Of a DNA stretch of 64,000 nucleotides, positions 26,724-39,920 are shown piece after piece. Where the stretch lies: the NCBI GenBank assembly GCA_964016885.1, contig OZ024764.1:4340001-4404000 (forward strand), written 5' to 3'. Position 1 is the first letter of the stretch. Every line of letters begins with the position of its first letter. This DNA is from Eledone cirrhosa (taxonomy: Eukaryota). The position numbers were made by a program, and so were the translations under genes. The notes beneath the pieces were generated by a model that did not search any database, was not told the origin of the DNA, and was given only the letters and a program-made list of their open reading frames with translations.

Positions 26724-29700
26724 CTACAGGCTGATATAGAGAGAAGACCCATTCACTCTGGCCATTCTCCCTACTTTCACCCACCTTTCATAAAACTTGC
26801 TGGGGTAGAGCACCTCTCTCTCCATTCTGATCCTTCTTTTAAAATGGTATTTGAAAAAGGGGACCAGTTGTTGGCCGGAGAGAAAGGTGTCTGACCTCAG
26901 CCCTTTCAGCCTCGTCCACCATACAACTTCTTTAGCCATGGCTACCACACAGAGAAAAACCGCCTCTCCTTCGTTTTTGAAAGGGGGAGGCGGTTTGATC
27001 GTGACAATGGACTCGGTGGTCAACCGGATTGGTCCCACCCTCGACAGTAGTCGTTCCACATAGCCCCACAGGTCAGCAATGCCTGGGCAGTGTACGAATG
27101 CGTGCGCAACGGTTTCGTCATCATGCACGCATCTCGGACAGATCTTATTCAAAGGATCTCTACCCAGGCTCCCATGCCTGTGGAGCTTGTCTCGAACGGG
27201 TAGAGCCCCTCGGTAGCACTGCCAAGCCAGGGACTTTTGGAAGTTGTCCATCGGTCCAGGGCCAAACGTCCTACCGAACAGACTGGCCAGTTCATCTTCC
27301 TCCATGCCTAGAGCTTCTCCGAGAGCATCGTCGCACCTGCTGCGTACCAACCCTCTATAGAATGTCGAGGTGGAGTCTCCACTGATTGCCGGGTCCGCTT
27401 TCCAGAGGGCCGTGAGCGCCTGGGCACATTCAATGTGCCAGTCGCCCACTTTTCTCGGTCTTTGCTTGACCCAGGATTGCAGCTCGGTGAGCGAGACGAG
27501 TCTGGGAAAGGCTCGCCTCACAAACGGGGCCCACACCGGTTGACCGGTGAGGAATACCTGGAGGTGCCGTAGCCTTAATGCGTGTTTACGCATCTGTAGC
27601 CACGGCATCCCCAGCCCTCCTTTCGAAGGGTGTTGACAGCAGATGGATCTCCTCACCAAAGGGGTCCGCTTGTTCCAAAGAAATTGGAACAGCGCGCACT
27701 CCATTTTGGCGAGTCTTTTCACTGGGCAAGGCACGACGGTCAAGCGGTAGTAGATGACGGATGCTATATAAGTATTCGCCACCTCCGCTCGACCTTTCAG
27801 GGATAGTTTGCACTGGGCCCACTTCTGGGTGAGTGCAAACACCCTGGCCGTTACCTCGTTCCAGTTTTTCTCCACCTGGAGGTCTGGTCCGAACCAGACC
27901 CCAAGCAGCTTCACCGGGCCCTCCGTCCAGCGTCCGACGACGTCGTTGGAGGGCATCGGTTTGCCTCTCCATGTTCCGAGTTGCAAACCGACGGACTTGT
28001 CCCGGTTCAGCTTGGCTCCTGTAAACCTTTCATATTCCTCCAGTAAGGTGCCGATCTCACCGATTTGCGAGGTTTTCGACACCATTACTGTCACGTCATC
28101 GGCGTAGGCCGACGCCGCTTTCTGCAATCCCGGTTCCAAAGGGATGCCCTGCAACCGCTCCAACTTCCGCAGTAGTGGCTCAAGAGCCAGCACATACAGT
28201 AGGGAGGAGAGAGGGCATCCCTGTCGGATGGATCACATGATTTGGAACGGCTCCGAGAGGTGGCCGTTCACCTTGACCCTTGAGCAGACGTTGCTGCTGT
28301 GCATCGCAGCAATCCAACCCCTGAAAACGGGTCCGAAGCCTGCCGCCGCGAGCACCGCATCCAGGTAACGATGGTCAACCCTATCGAAAGCTTTAGATTG
28401 ATCCAAGTTGATCAGGGCCCCACCAAAGCCGGGTTCATTCCCTACCCTCTCTATGATGTATCGCATAAGGTGGAGATTGTCGTGAATGGACCTGGACGGG
28501 ATTGCGCATGTCTGCGCTTCTCCCACCAGGTTTCCAACGACAAGCGCCAACCTCTTCGCTAACACCTTGGCCAAAATCTTTAACTCTGTATTTAGCAGAG
28601 TTATGGGCCTGAAGTTACTTATGTCATCCCCCTTGTTCTCATCCTTCCTCACCAGCGTAACTACGCCCTTGGTCACAGAACTGGGAATTCTCCCGTTCTG
28701 CTGCCAGTTGCAGTAGACAGCTTCGAGGATATCGGAGAACAAGTCCGGCATCGCTACATATAGCTCGTATGGTAGACCATCGAGACCCGGGGATTTGCGT
28801 TTGCCGCATTGGCTCAGCGCCGCCCCTATCTCAGCAGCTGAAATCGTCCTTTCGCAGGACTTCGCCTCCGCGTCCGAGAGGCGCGGCAGACCGTCGAGGT
28901 ATGGATTGAAATCCATAGTCTCACCCGGCGCGCCGCCCCTCTCGAACAGTCGTGCAAAGTGCCGCTGAAAGGCCGCACACATCTGCCCAGGTTCAAGGAT
29001 CACACGCCCATCCTGGTCCTTCAAAGACCGAATCGTGGACTTGTTCCCACTTTTTGCCTCTGTCACTCGGGCCCAGCTTACAGCTTTGGCTCCCTCATTA
29101 CCCAGAGCACGTATTTTACTCCTGACAACGCAGCCTTCATGCTTCACCTCAAAGAACTGGTCTAAGGCCATTCTTGATGCCAGCACGCCGGCTACATTGC
29201 CACTCCTAATCGCCTCTTCTACTCTATCTACTAATTCCCTTTCCGTCTTGTTCCTATCCCTTGCTAATTCCTGACTAAAACCTATCGATTCTATTCTAAT
29301 TGCTCTCTTAAGAGAGCTCCACCACCTGTTGTTGACAATTGCCCCTGTCAAATTCTGCTTAACTAACGTGCTAATCCGTTTACTGTAAGCTTTGCTTCTC
29401 GGTAAGGACAAGTTCAGCTTCCAGTAACCGGGTCCCTGTCTATGGGTTCTATCAAGGTTGGCTATGCAGGTCACTAACTTGTGATCCGAATAGTCAACCA
29501 TGAACATTTTTGGACAGCTAAATGTGTCCCTATCGTTCTCTCTAACTAGGACCCTATCTAGGTACGACCTAGATGTTCCACTGCGATTGGTCCACGTCCA
29601 TAGTGGTACAGTCGGAAAATCTAGTCGATATCTATCGGCCAGGTCAAATCGGCCGATTAACCTTTTGAGGCTTTTACACCCCCCTCTATTGGCACATGCC

Positions 29701-30161
29701 CCTACATAGTCCCAACGTGCATCCAGGATACCATTCCAGTCCCCCACTAAAAGCAAGGAGCGGGACGTTCCCAGAAAAGTTTCCAGACGTTGGAAGTATT
29801 CCGGCCGCGCTGCCCAAAAAGGGGCGTACACAGCTATTAGTCTAAGGGCTCCACTTTCACTACTGCCGACGTCTAAAACCACCAGTCGACCCTCCGGGTC
29901 CAGGTGCACCTTCTGTATGGCGAGGCCCAGGTGTTTTCGCAGCAGAACGACAACTCCACCCCCACCCCCCGGTTGACAGAGAGATGCGAAGATCTCAAAG
30001 TCGTCGAAGAGGGGCGCCAGTTGGTGCTCGCTGCTGATCCTGGACTCGCAAATAGCCATTACATCCATTCTATGTGACCTGAGATCGTTTAAAAGTTTGC
30101 CTTGTTTCCAAGACAGTCCCAGGCCACGTACATTCAGAAACCCAACTCTTATATCAGCCAT
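26724..30161 (-). pseudogene. Tx1-like ORF2 (APE endonuclease, reverse transcriptase, C-terminal CCHC) with one in-frame TGA at 28233-28235
   Basis: Motifs LNVRGL, GDWN, YLDR, SDH, SPGLDG, FRPITLLN, DQSKAFD, RQGCPLS, AYADD, CPRC..ETVAHAFVHC. The 642-aa and 489-aa ORFs are in the same frame. Confidence 0.92.
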
Positions 30162-30182
30162 GTTGGTTAAAAGAGGAAGGAC

Positions 30183-31928
30183 CTACCTGTTCGGCTCCTG
30201 AGGAGCAGGTTGCACAATATCCATGGGCGTATTGGAGGGGTTGTTTGGTGGGGTGTTGTTCTGTGGTGGAGTGGGGGTGTTTGGTGAGGTGTGGGTGGGG
30301 AAACGTTTCAAGAGGACGCGGTTATAGGGTCGAGTACATGTTTTCCCCACGTCCTCAGGAAAGTTCTCTCTTAGTTTTGCATAGGTGTCCATTGGGAGTC
30401 TTATCATTTTTAAATGCGGTTTGTTGGCCGCGCTTGCAAAGAATTGCCCTTCAGTTTCCACCAAAGGGTCTTTGTGTATTGTTTTTACTAGTTCTTTGTT
30501 ATTTGTGTTAATGTATGTATACTGTTTTATTTGTGTTGTGTTTGTTTGTTGTTCTTGTGTGTGCTTACGTTTTGTTGTATGTGTTATGTTTTGGGGTGGG
30601 GCGGATTTTGTTTGTTCTGTTTGTTTTGTTTTTGTTGGTGGTTGTGTGTTTGTTTCGTTTATGTTCGAGTGGTGCTTTCTTTTTTTCCTTTTTACAGGTT
30701 GGAAGGGTTCCCCCTCTTCGTCACTAGGTGCCGTTTCCGCTGGGTCCTCGTCCGTGCTGTCGGGTAGTGGTGTATTTTGGGGTTTTGTTGTATTTGTGTG
30801 TGTTTTGGGAGTTGTTTTGGGTGGGGCCGTGTCTTGTGTTATTTTTCCCTGTTGTTTTTGTTGTTGTTGTGGTGGTGGTGGTGGAGGTGGTGGTGGTGGT
30901 GGTGGTGGTGGCGGTGGTGGTGTGTGGGGTGTAGGCAAAAGAGCCTTTTTTTTTGTCAATTGAGGACAAGCAGCCCTTAGATGACCCCTGCTTGAACAGT
31001 AGTAACATATGGGCCTCCTACCCTCGGCTGAAATATATATAAATGTTTCTCCATCGAGGGACACCCTCTGTGGTATTCTAGCGATTCGTTCTGGTCTCAT
31101 TTGGACCAGAACCTCCACGCTCAAACCGCCGAAAACGTCTGTGGTGACTTCTCCTACTGAGAGGATTCCGTCCTCGTCTTCTAAAAATCCTGTTAGTACC
31201 CAGGAAATGCATGCATTTGGCCGGATTCCGGAGACCCTTATCTTCTGCGTTCTTTTCCCTAAATATGTGGGGAAAAATGTATATATCTTGGAAACAATTG
31301 GTGCCACAGAGTATTTCCTGGCCGTCAATTGATCCTTCATTAGGACCGTTATATTCCCATAGAGTGGCCCTTTTTGTATGAACGATATATCACTCCACAC
31401 ATTTTTTAGGACCAGCTCAATCTCTTTTTGGGATAATTGAGTTGGTTTCCTTGTTATGTTGGAAATTGTTCTGAAAGATATCGTTCTTAGCGTCGTGTCT
31501 CTTTTGATTTCTTGTGGGGAGGTGATTGTGAAGTCTCCTCCTTCTTTGAAAGTTACATACTGTTTCGCTTCCTTCATCTTTTCTCTCAGAGTTGTAATGT
31601 CCAGTTGCTTGCAGGTTTGTGTTTTCCGGACCGCCTGTGCAAAGGAGGTACCAGTAGTGGGTTCACTTTGTTTGGTGTTATCGTTATTTTTTCCTTGGTT
31701 GGTGTTGTGACTATTGCTGTTATTGTCGTTGATGTTTTTGTCTGCGTTTATGTGACTTTCTGGGTTTTCACCCATTTCTACAAATTTTTCTTTTAATTCC
31801 GTGTTCCATGTTTCTTTTGCAGAAGTGAGGAGGGAAGACTTAGAGCCTTGTGCTTCTAGCTTCTCTGTATCACCTTTCTTAGGGGGCGTGGCTTTCACGT
31901 TAGGATGAGATGTGAAAATTCCGTCCAT
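30183..31928 (-). CDS. Tx1-like ORF1 (gag-like; CCHC zinc knuckle, poly-Pro, basic NLS-like KRKKRK)
   Basis: Open 581-codon frame from MDGIFTSHP, containing CYYCSSRGHLRAAC. It ends 21 nt before the ORF2 ATG. Confidence 0.88.
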   Translation of the reverse strand: MDGIFTSHPNVKATPPKKGDTEKLEAQGSKSSLLTSAKETWNTELKEKFVEMGENPESHINADKNINDNNSNSHNTNQGKNNDNTKQSEPTTGTSFAQAVRKTQTCKQLDITTLREKMKEAKQYVTFKEGGDFTITSPQEIKRDTTLRTISFRTISNITRKPTQLSQKEIELVLKNVWSDISFIQKGPLYGNITVLMKDQLTARKYSVAPIVSKIYTFFPTYLGKRTQKIRVSGIRPNACISWVLTGFLEDEDGILSVGEVTTDVFGGLSVEVLVQMRPERIARIPQRVSLDGETFIYISAEGRRPICYYCSSRGHLRAACPQLTKKKALLPTPHTPPPPPPPPPPPPPPPPPQQQQKQQGKITQDTAPPKTTPKTHTNTTKPQNTPLPDSTDEDPAETAPSDEEGEPFQPVKRKKRKHHSNINETNTQPPTKTKQTEQTKSAPPQNITHTTKRKHTQEQQTNTTQIKQYTYINTNNKELVKTIHKDPLVETEGQFFASAANKPHLKMIRLPMDTYAKLRENFPEDVGKTCTRPYNRVLLKRFPTHTSPNTPTPPQNNTPPNNPSNTPMDIVQPAPQEPNR

Positions 31929-33514
31929 TTCTATTAGTTTGCCGTAATAAATTTTTAACTGGAAAATTCGCCCCAAAAAGGGGCGAAAATAAATAAACTC
32001 AAAGTTTGACGACCAAGGCAAGGGGTTAACGTATATTACAGTATAAAAAATTAATCAAAACTCACTTTTTGAGTAAGTAAATCCGACTCGGTAGCCGAGC
32101 TTGTTCACACACGTCAACACACGTCTCTCGTATACGAGATGTTATGTGAGGTATTATGTGAGGTAAAGCCTTTACTGTGACAATACAATAGTATATATAG
32201 AGTAATGTAAATGTTATATGAGATATTATGTGAGATAAAGCCTTAACTGTGAAAATACAATAGTATATATAGAGTAATGTAAATGTTATGTGAGATATTA
32301 TGTGAGGTAAAGCCTTTACTGTGACAATACAATAGTATATATAGAGTAATGTAAATGTTATGAGATATTATGTGAGATAAAGCCTTAACTGTGAAAATAC
32401 AATAGTATATATAGAGTAATGTAAATGTTATGTGAGATATTATGTGAGGTAAAGCCTTTACTGTGACAATACAATAGTATATATAGAGTAATGTAAATAT
32501 TATGTGAGATATTATGTGAGGTAAAGCCTTTACTGTGAAAATACAATAGTATATATAGAGTAATGTAAATATTATGTGAGGTAAAGCCTTTACTGTGACA
32601 ATACAATAGTATATATAGAGTAATGTAAATATTATGTGAGGTAAAGCCTTTACTGTGACAATACAATAGTATATATAGAGTAATGTAAATGTTATGTGAG
32701 GTAAAGCCTTTACTGTGAATATACAATAGTATATATAGAGTAATGTAAATATTATGTGAGGTAAAGCCTTTACTGTGACAATACAATAGTATATATAGAG
32801 TAATGTAAATGTTATGTGAGGTAAAGCCTTTACTGTGAAAATACAATAGTATATATAGAGTAATGTAAATATTATGTGAGGTAAAGCCTTTACTGTGACA
32901 ATACAATAGTATATATAGAGTAATGTAAATATTATGTGAGGTAAAGCCTTTACTGTGACAATACAATAGTATATATAGAGTAATGTAAATATTATGTGAG
33001 GTAAAGCCTTTACTGTGACAATACAATAGTATATATAGAGTAATGTAAATGTTATGTGAGATATTATGTGAGGTAAAGCCTTTACTGTGACAATACAATA
33101 GTATATATAGAGTAATGTAAATATTATGTGAGGTAAAGCCTTTACTGTGACAATACAATAGTATATATAGAGTAATGTAAATGTTATGTGAGATATTATG
33201 TGAGGTAAAGCCTTTACTGTGAATATACAATAGTATATATAGAGTAATGTAAATGCTAGAGGGTTAATAAAATAGAAAAATGTGCCAAAAAAATACATTT
33301 GAAAAGTATTCAGTGGGACAGGGTGAGGGAGGAGGGGACAGAGAGAATGAAGGAGAGAAAGAGGGGAATAGAGAGAGAGAGAGACAAGTAGTTGCGGAAA
33401 GAAAAAAAAAGTGAGAGATGAATCTAAAGAAAAGTGGATGGATATTAATAAAGGGGTCACATAATCAGGAGAAGGGAGGTAGGTGTAAAAGACTAACTCG
33501 CTAACCCTAACCCT

Positions 33515-36240
33515 TACCTATGGTCATGAATCTTTGGTAATGACTGAAAGAATACAAGCAGCCGAAATATAGTTTGTCTGAAGGGTCTATGGAGTAATGT
33601 TACTTGGAGATCAGAGAGTCACTCCAGGTAGAGCTGCTACTTCTCTGAATTGAGAGATCACAGCTCTGATACTACAGACATGTGGGAAGAATGTCTCAGG
33701 AAAGAATCTCTGAATTGAGAGATCACAGCTCTGATACTACAGACATGTGGGAAGAATGTCTCAGGAAAGAATCTCTGAATTGAGAGATCACAGCTCTGAT
33801 ACTACAGACATGTGGTTAGAATGTCTCAGGAAAGAATCTCTGAATTGAGAGATCACAGCTCTGATATTACAGACATGTGGTTAGAATGTCTGAGGAAAGA
33901 ATCTCTGAATTGAGAGATCACAGCTCTGATACTACAGACATGTGGTTAGAATGACTCATGAAAGAATCTCTGAATTGAGAGATCACAGCTCAGATACTAC
34001 AGACATGTGGTTAGAATGTCTCGGGAAACAATCTCTGGATTGAGAGATCACAACTCTGATACTACAGACATGTGGTTAGAATGTCTGAGGAAAGAATCTC
34101 TGAATTGAGAGATCACAGCTCTGATACTACAGACATGTGGTTAGAATGTTTGAAGAAAGAATCTCTGAATTGAGAGATCACAGTTCTGATTCTACAGACA
34201 TGTGGTTAGAATGTCTCAGGAAAGAATCTCTGAATTGAGAGATCACAGCTCTGATACTACAGACATGTGGTTAGAATATCTTAGGAGAGAATCTCTGAAT
34301 TGAGAGATCACAGCTCTGATACTACAGACGTGTGGTTAGAATATCTCAGGAAAGAATCTCTGAATTGAGAGATCACAGCTCTGATACTACAGACATGTGG
34401 TTATAATGTCTCAGGAGAGAATCTCTGAATTGAGAGTTCACAGCTCTGATACAACAGACATGTGGTTAGAATGTCTCAGGAAAGAATCTCTGAATTGAGA
34501 GACCACAGCTCTGATATTACAGACATGTGGTTACAATGTCTCAGGAAAGAATCTCTGTATTGAGAGATCACAGCTCTGATACTACAGACATGTGGTTAGA
34601 ATGTCTCAGGAAAGAATCTCTGAATTGAGAGATCACAGCTCTGATACTACAGACATGAGGTTAGGATGTCTCAGGAAAGAATCTCTGAATTGAGAGACCA
34701 CAGCTCTGATATTACAGACATGTGGTTACAATGTCTCAGGAAAGAATCTCCGTATTGAGAGATCACAGCTCTGATACTACACACATGTGGTTAGAATGTC
34801 TGAGGAGAGAATCTCTGAATTGAGAGACCACAGCTCTGATACTACAGACATGTGGTTAGAATGTCTCAGGAAAGAACCTCTGAATTGAGAGATCACAGTT
34901 CTGATACTACAGACATGTGGTTAGAATGTCTGAGGAAAGAATCTCTGAATTGAGAGATCACAGTTCTGATACTACAGACATGTGGTTAGAATGTCTGAGG
35001 AAAGAATCTCTGAATTGAGAGACCACAGCTCTGATACTACAGACATGTGGTTAGAATGACTCATGAAAGAATCTCTGAATTGAGATATCACAGCTCTGAT
35101 ACTACAGACATGTGGTTAGAACATCTCAGGAAAGAATCTCTGAATTGAGAGACCACAGCTCTGATACTACAGACATGTGGTTAGAATGTCTGAGGAAAGA
35201 ATCTCTGAATTGAGAGACCACAGCTCTGATACTACAGACATGTGGTTAGAATGACTCATGAAAGAATCTCTGAATTGAGAGATCACAGCTCTTATACTAC
35301 AGACATGTGGTTAGAATGTCTGAGGAAAGAATCTCTGAATTGAGAGACCACAGCTCTGATACTACAGACATGTGGTTAGAATGACTCAGGAAAGAATCTC
35401 TGTATTGAGAGATCACAGCTCTGATACTACAGACATGTGGTTAGAATGTCTGAGGAGAGAATCTCTGAATTGAGAGACCACAGCTCTGATACTACAGACA
35501 TGTGGTTAGAATGTCTCAGGAAAGAACCTCTGAATTGAGAGATCACAGTTCTGATACTACAGACATGTGGTTAGAATGTCTGAGGAAAGAATCTCTGAAT
35601 TGAGAGATCACAGTTCTGATACTACAGACATGTGGTTAGAATGTCTGAGGAAAGAATCTCTGAATTGAGAGACCACAGCTCTGATACTACAGACATGTGG
35701 TTAGAATGACTCATGAAAGAATCTCTGAATTGAGATATCACAGCTCTGATACTATAGACATGTGGTTAGAACATCTCAGGAAAGAATCTCTGAATTGAGA
35801 GACCACAGCTCTGATACTACAGACATGTGGTTAGAATGTCTCAGGAAAGAATCTCTGAATTGAGAGATCACAGTTCTGATACTACAGACATGTGGTTAGA
35901 ATGTCTCAGGAAAGAATCTCTGAATTGAGAGATCACAGTTCTGATACTACAGACATGTGGTTAGAATGTCTCAGGAAAGAATCTCTGAATTGAGAGACCA
36001 CAGCTCTGATACTACAGACATGGGGTTAGAATGTCTCAGGAAAGAATCTCTGGACAGATTTTACAGGCAAAATCAACAGGTAGGAGACCCAGGGGTAGAG
36101 CCTGAGCAAGATTGTTAGATAACATCCATGAGCTTGGCTGGTCTTGCTTGGGCATCCAGCCAGATCAATTAGAGACCGTTGCTTCTGAGGGGACCTTCTG
36201 GAGGGAGTGTTTGAGGACTCTTCCCCAACGTCGCCTCTCA
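33515..36240 (+). mobile_element. Degenerate RTE-like LINE fragment with an internal 65-bp expansion
   Basis: LTYGHESLV...RIQAAE...LLL*IERSQL*YYRHVVRMSQER...RRPRGR. Confidence 0.7.
33642..36052. repeat. 65-bp minisatellite, about 37 copies, LINE-derived
   Basis: Unit tctctgaattgagagatcacagctctgatactacagacatgtggttagaatgtctcaggaaagaa. Confidence 0.95.
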
Positions 36241-36287
36241 GGAATAAGTGTGCAAAGAAGTAGAAGAGAAAAAGTAGGGTGACATAC

Positions 36288-36433
36288 CATGTAGAATGGG
36301 AAACGTTGATGGTACATAATATATGAAACAACAGGTTGCTAGATCGGAGAGTGGATCACCAAGGGTAGATAACTCCCAGTCTATCACAGCCAACACTTGA
36401 TCACTTTCTTCTCCGTAAATAATATTATCCAAG
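36288..36433 (-). CDS. ACAD10: ACAD10 coding exon 10 (APH DWEL motif)
   Basis: tgcag|(R)LDNIIYGEESDQVLAVIDWELSTLGDPLSDLA...FPILH G|gtatgt. 146 nt. Confidence 0.95.
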
Positions 36434-36596
36434 CTGCAATGAAAAGCAAAGATCGAAAAGAGAATTGTGTGAGATGAAATGCACCCAGTGGACTCTGTAA
36501 TGTGGTTGGTTAGAGGAATGGTGTTCAGCTATAGAAACTAAAGTAAAAGGGAGTTGAGAGGACCATTAAGTGTAGCCAAGGGCACAACAACACCTC

Positions 36597-38065
36597 AAGT
36601 GTTGTTACCATGATAGAATGCACCCAGTACACTATGTAAAGTGTTGTTACCATCATAATATGCACTCAGTACACTTTGTAAAAGGTTGTTACTATCAAAA
36701 TATGCACCCAATACACTCTGTAAAGTGTTACCGTGATAGAATGCACCCAGTACACTATGTAAAGTGTTGTTACCATCATAATATGCACCCAGTACACTTT
36801 GTAAAAGGTTGTTACTATCAAAATATTCACCCAATACACTCTGTAAAGTGTTACCGTGATAAAATGCACCCAGTACACTGTGTAAAGTGTTGTTACCATC
36901 ATAATATGCACCCAGTACACTTTGTAAAAGGTTGTTACTATCATAATATGCACCCAATACACCCTGTAAAGTGTTACCGTGATAGAATGCACCCAGTACA
37001 CTATGTAAAGTGTTGTTACCATCATAATATGCACCCAGTACACTTTGTAAAAGGTTGTTTCTATCATAATATGCACCCAATACACTCTGTAAAGTGTTAC
37101 CATGATAAAATGCACCCAGTACACTGTGTAAAGTGTTGTTACCATTATAAAATACACCCAGTACACTTTGTAAAAGGTTGTTACTATCATAATATGCACC
37201 CAATACACTCTGTAAAGTGTTACCATGATAAAATGCACCCAGTACACTATGTAAAGTGTTGTTACCATCATAATATGCACCCAGTACACTTTGTAAAAGG
37301 TTGTTACTATCATAATATGCACCCAATACACCCTGTAAAGTGTTACCGTGATAGAATGCACCCAGTACACTATGTAAAGTGTTGTTACCATTATAAAATG
37401 CACCCAGTACACTGTGTAAAGTTTTGTTACCATCATAATATGCACCCAGTACACTTTGTAAAAGGTTGTTACTATCATAATATGCACCCAATACACTCTG
37501 TAAAGTGTTACCATGATAAAATGCACCCAGTACACTATGTAAAGTGTTGTTACCATCATAATATGCACCCAGTACACTTTGTAAAAGGTTGTTACTATCA
37601 TAATATGCACCCAATACACTCTGTAAAGTGTTACCATGATAAAATGCACCCAGTACACTATGTAAAGTGTTGTTACCATCATAATATGCACCCAGTACAC
37701 TTTGTAAAAGGTTGTTACTATCATAATATGCACCCAATACACTCTGTAAAGTGTTACCATGATAAAATGCACCCAGTACACTATGTAAAGTGTTGTTACC
37801 ATCATAATATGCACCCAGTACACTTTGTAAAAGGTTGTTACTATCATAATATGCACCCAATACACTCTGTAAAGTGTTACCGTAATAGAATGCACCCAGT
37901 ACACTATGTAAAGTGTTGTTACCATCATAATATGCACCCAATACACTCTGTAAAGTGTTATCGTGATAAAATGCACCCAGTACACTGTGTAAAATATTGT
38001 TACCATCATAAAATACACCCAGTACACTCGTAAAGTGTTGTTAGCAGTACACTCTGTAAAGTGTA
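36597..38065. repeat. 120-bp higher-order repeat of three ~40-bp subunits, about 12 copies
   Basis: All subunits share atgcaccca(g/a)tacact..gtaaa; the ORF track shows 40-aa periodicity. Confidence 0.92.
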
Positions 38066-38411
38066 GCACTACACTTCGCACACATATGTCATTCAGCCGT
38101 CCTTACGTAGGGAGAAACCTTTTGTGGTCAACTGGGTGTAGCTCTCTAAACTTCCATCCAATCCTTATTCTAGCTATTATAGTCTCAGAACACCCTCCTC
38201 CACTGTTAATTAGGTCACCTATATAGCAGAAGCTATCAACCACTTCTATGTTCCAAGTCAGAAGGGATTTGAAAAAGTTGAGGAAGAAATCAAAGACATA
38301 TCTGGGAAACTTCCCCCCTGTCAACTTACGGGAGAGTTGAGGTACACCCCCTACTCCTTCCACTACCACCCACACCACCCTTTGTCTGTGAAGTTATGTT
38401 GGTACCTCAGA

Positions 38412-39920
38412 ATACCCAGTCCAAACTAAAGAGGTCATGTAGGTGTCATGACAAAAAGTACCCAGTCCACACTGTAAAGTGGTCATGTATGTGTCACGAC
38501 AAACAACACCCAGTCCACACTGTAAAGTGGTCATGTAGGAGACATAGTAAAAAGGCTCCCAGTCCACACTGTAAAGTGGTCATGTAGGTGTCACAACAAA
38601 CAACACCCAGTCCACACTGTAAAGTGGTCATGTAGGTGTCACAACAAAAAGCACCCAGTCCACACTGTAAAGTGGTCATGTAGGTGTCACAACAAAAAGC
38701 ACCCAGTCCACACTGTAAAGTGGTCATGTAGGTGTCACAACAAAAAGCACCCAGTCCACACTGTAAAGTGGTCATGTAGGTGTCACAACAAAAAGCACCC
38801 AGTCCACACTGTAAAGTGGTCATGTAGGTGTCACAACAAAAAGCACCCAGTCCACACTGTAAAGTGGTCATGTAGGTGTCACAACAAACAACACCCAGTC
38901 CACACTGTAAAGTGGTTATGTAGGTGTCACAACAAAAAGTACCCAGTCCACACTGTAAAGTGGTCATGTAGGTGTCACAACAAACAACACCCAGTCCACA
39001 CTGTAAAGTGGTCATGTAGGTGTCACAACAAAAAGCACCCAGTCCACACTGTAAAGTGGTTATGTATGTGTCACGACAAACAACACCCAGTCCACACTGT
39101 AAAGTGGTCATGTAGGAGACATAGTAAAAAGGCTCCCAGTCCACACTGTAAAGTGGTCATGTAGGTGTCACAACAAACAACACCCAGTCCACACTGTAAA
39201 GTGGTCATGTAGGTGTCACAACAAAAAGCACCCAGTCCACACTGTAAAGTGGTCATGTAGGTGTCACAACAAAAAGCACCCAGTCCACACTGTAAAGTGG
39301 TCATGTAGGTGTCACAACAAAAAGCACCCAGTCCACACTGTAAAGTGGTCATGTAGGTGTCACAACAAAAAGCACCCAGTCCACACTGTAAAGTGGTCAT
39401 GTAGGTGTCACAACAAAAAGCACCCAGTCCACACTGTAAAGTGGTCATGTAGGTGTCACAACAAAAAGCACCCAGTCCACACTGTAAAGTGGTCATGTAG
39501 GTGTCACAACAAACAACACCCAGTCCACACTGTAAAGTGGTTATGTAGGTGTCACAACAAAAAGTACCCAGTCCACACTGTAAAGTGGTCATGTAGGTGT
39601 CACAACAAACAACACCCAGTCCACACTGTAAAGTGGTCATGTAGGTGTCACAACAAAAAGCACCCAGTCCACACTGTAAAGTGGTCATGTAGGTGTCACA
39701 ACAAACAACACCCAGTCCACACTGTAAAGTGGTCATGTAGGTGTCACAACAAAAAGCACCCAGTCCACTCTGTAAAGTGGTCATGTAGGTGTCTCAACAA
39801 AAAGTACCCAGTCCACACTGTAAAGTGGTCATGTAGGTGTCACAACAAACAACACCCAGTCCACTCTGTAAAGTGGTCATGTAGGTGTCACGACAAAAGG
39901 CACCCAGTCCACTCTGTAAA
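38412..39920. repeat. 48-bp minisatellite, about 31 copies, from an internal SINE-B segment
   Basis: Unit cacccagtccacactgtaaagtggtcatgtaggtgtcacaacaaaaag, running into the SINE tail (39920-40092). Confidence 0.93.

Larger units (their letters stand above)
26487..32138 (-). mobile_element. Near full-length Tx1-like (L1 clade) non-LTR retrotransposon
   Basis: Contains ORF1 and ORF2 (APE-RT-CCHC) and a 3' UTR ending GGCAAATAAAGAAA. It interrupts the MITE internal repeat between ...tagagt and atgttatgtgag. Confidence 0.93.
26084..33263. mobile_element. TTAA-flanked piggyBac-type MITE with an amplified 60/72-bp internal repeat; hosts the Tx1 element
   Basis: TTAA-TCCTTTAGCATTTA ... TAAATGCTAGAGGG-TTAA. 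Confidence 0.75.

Noticed and set aside
28233-28235. Programmed readthrough or selenocysteine in Tx1 ORF2, or a three-ORF element
   Set aside because: The stop lies inside the RT core; a CpG nonsense mutation is simpler unless sister copies share it.
32243-33460. Hydrophobic 405-aa ORF (similar ORFs at 41019 and 46950)
   Set aside because: It is a translation of the MITE 60/72-bp internal array.
36595-38081. ORFs of 448-471 aa with 40-aa Cys/His or Gly/Tyr repeats
   Set aside because: They come from a SINE-derived 120-bp higher-order repeat and are open on both strands; there is no gene context.
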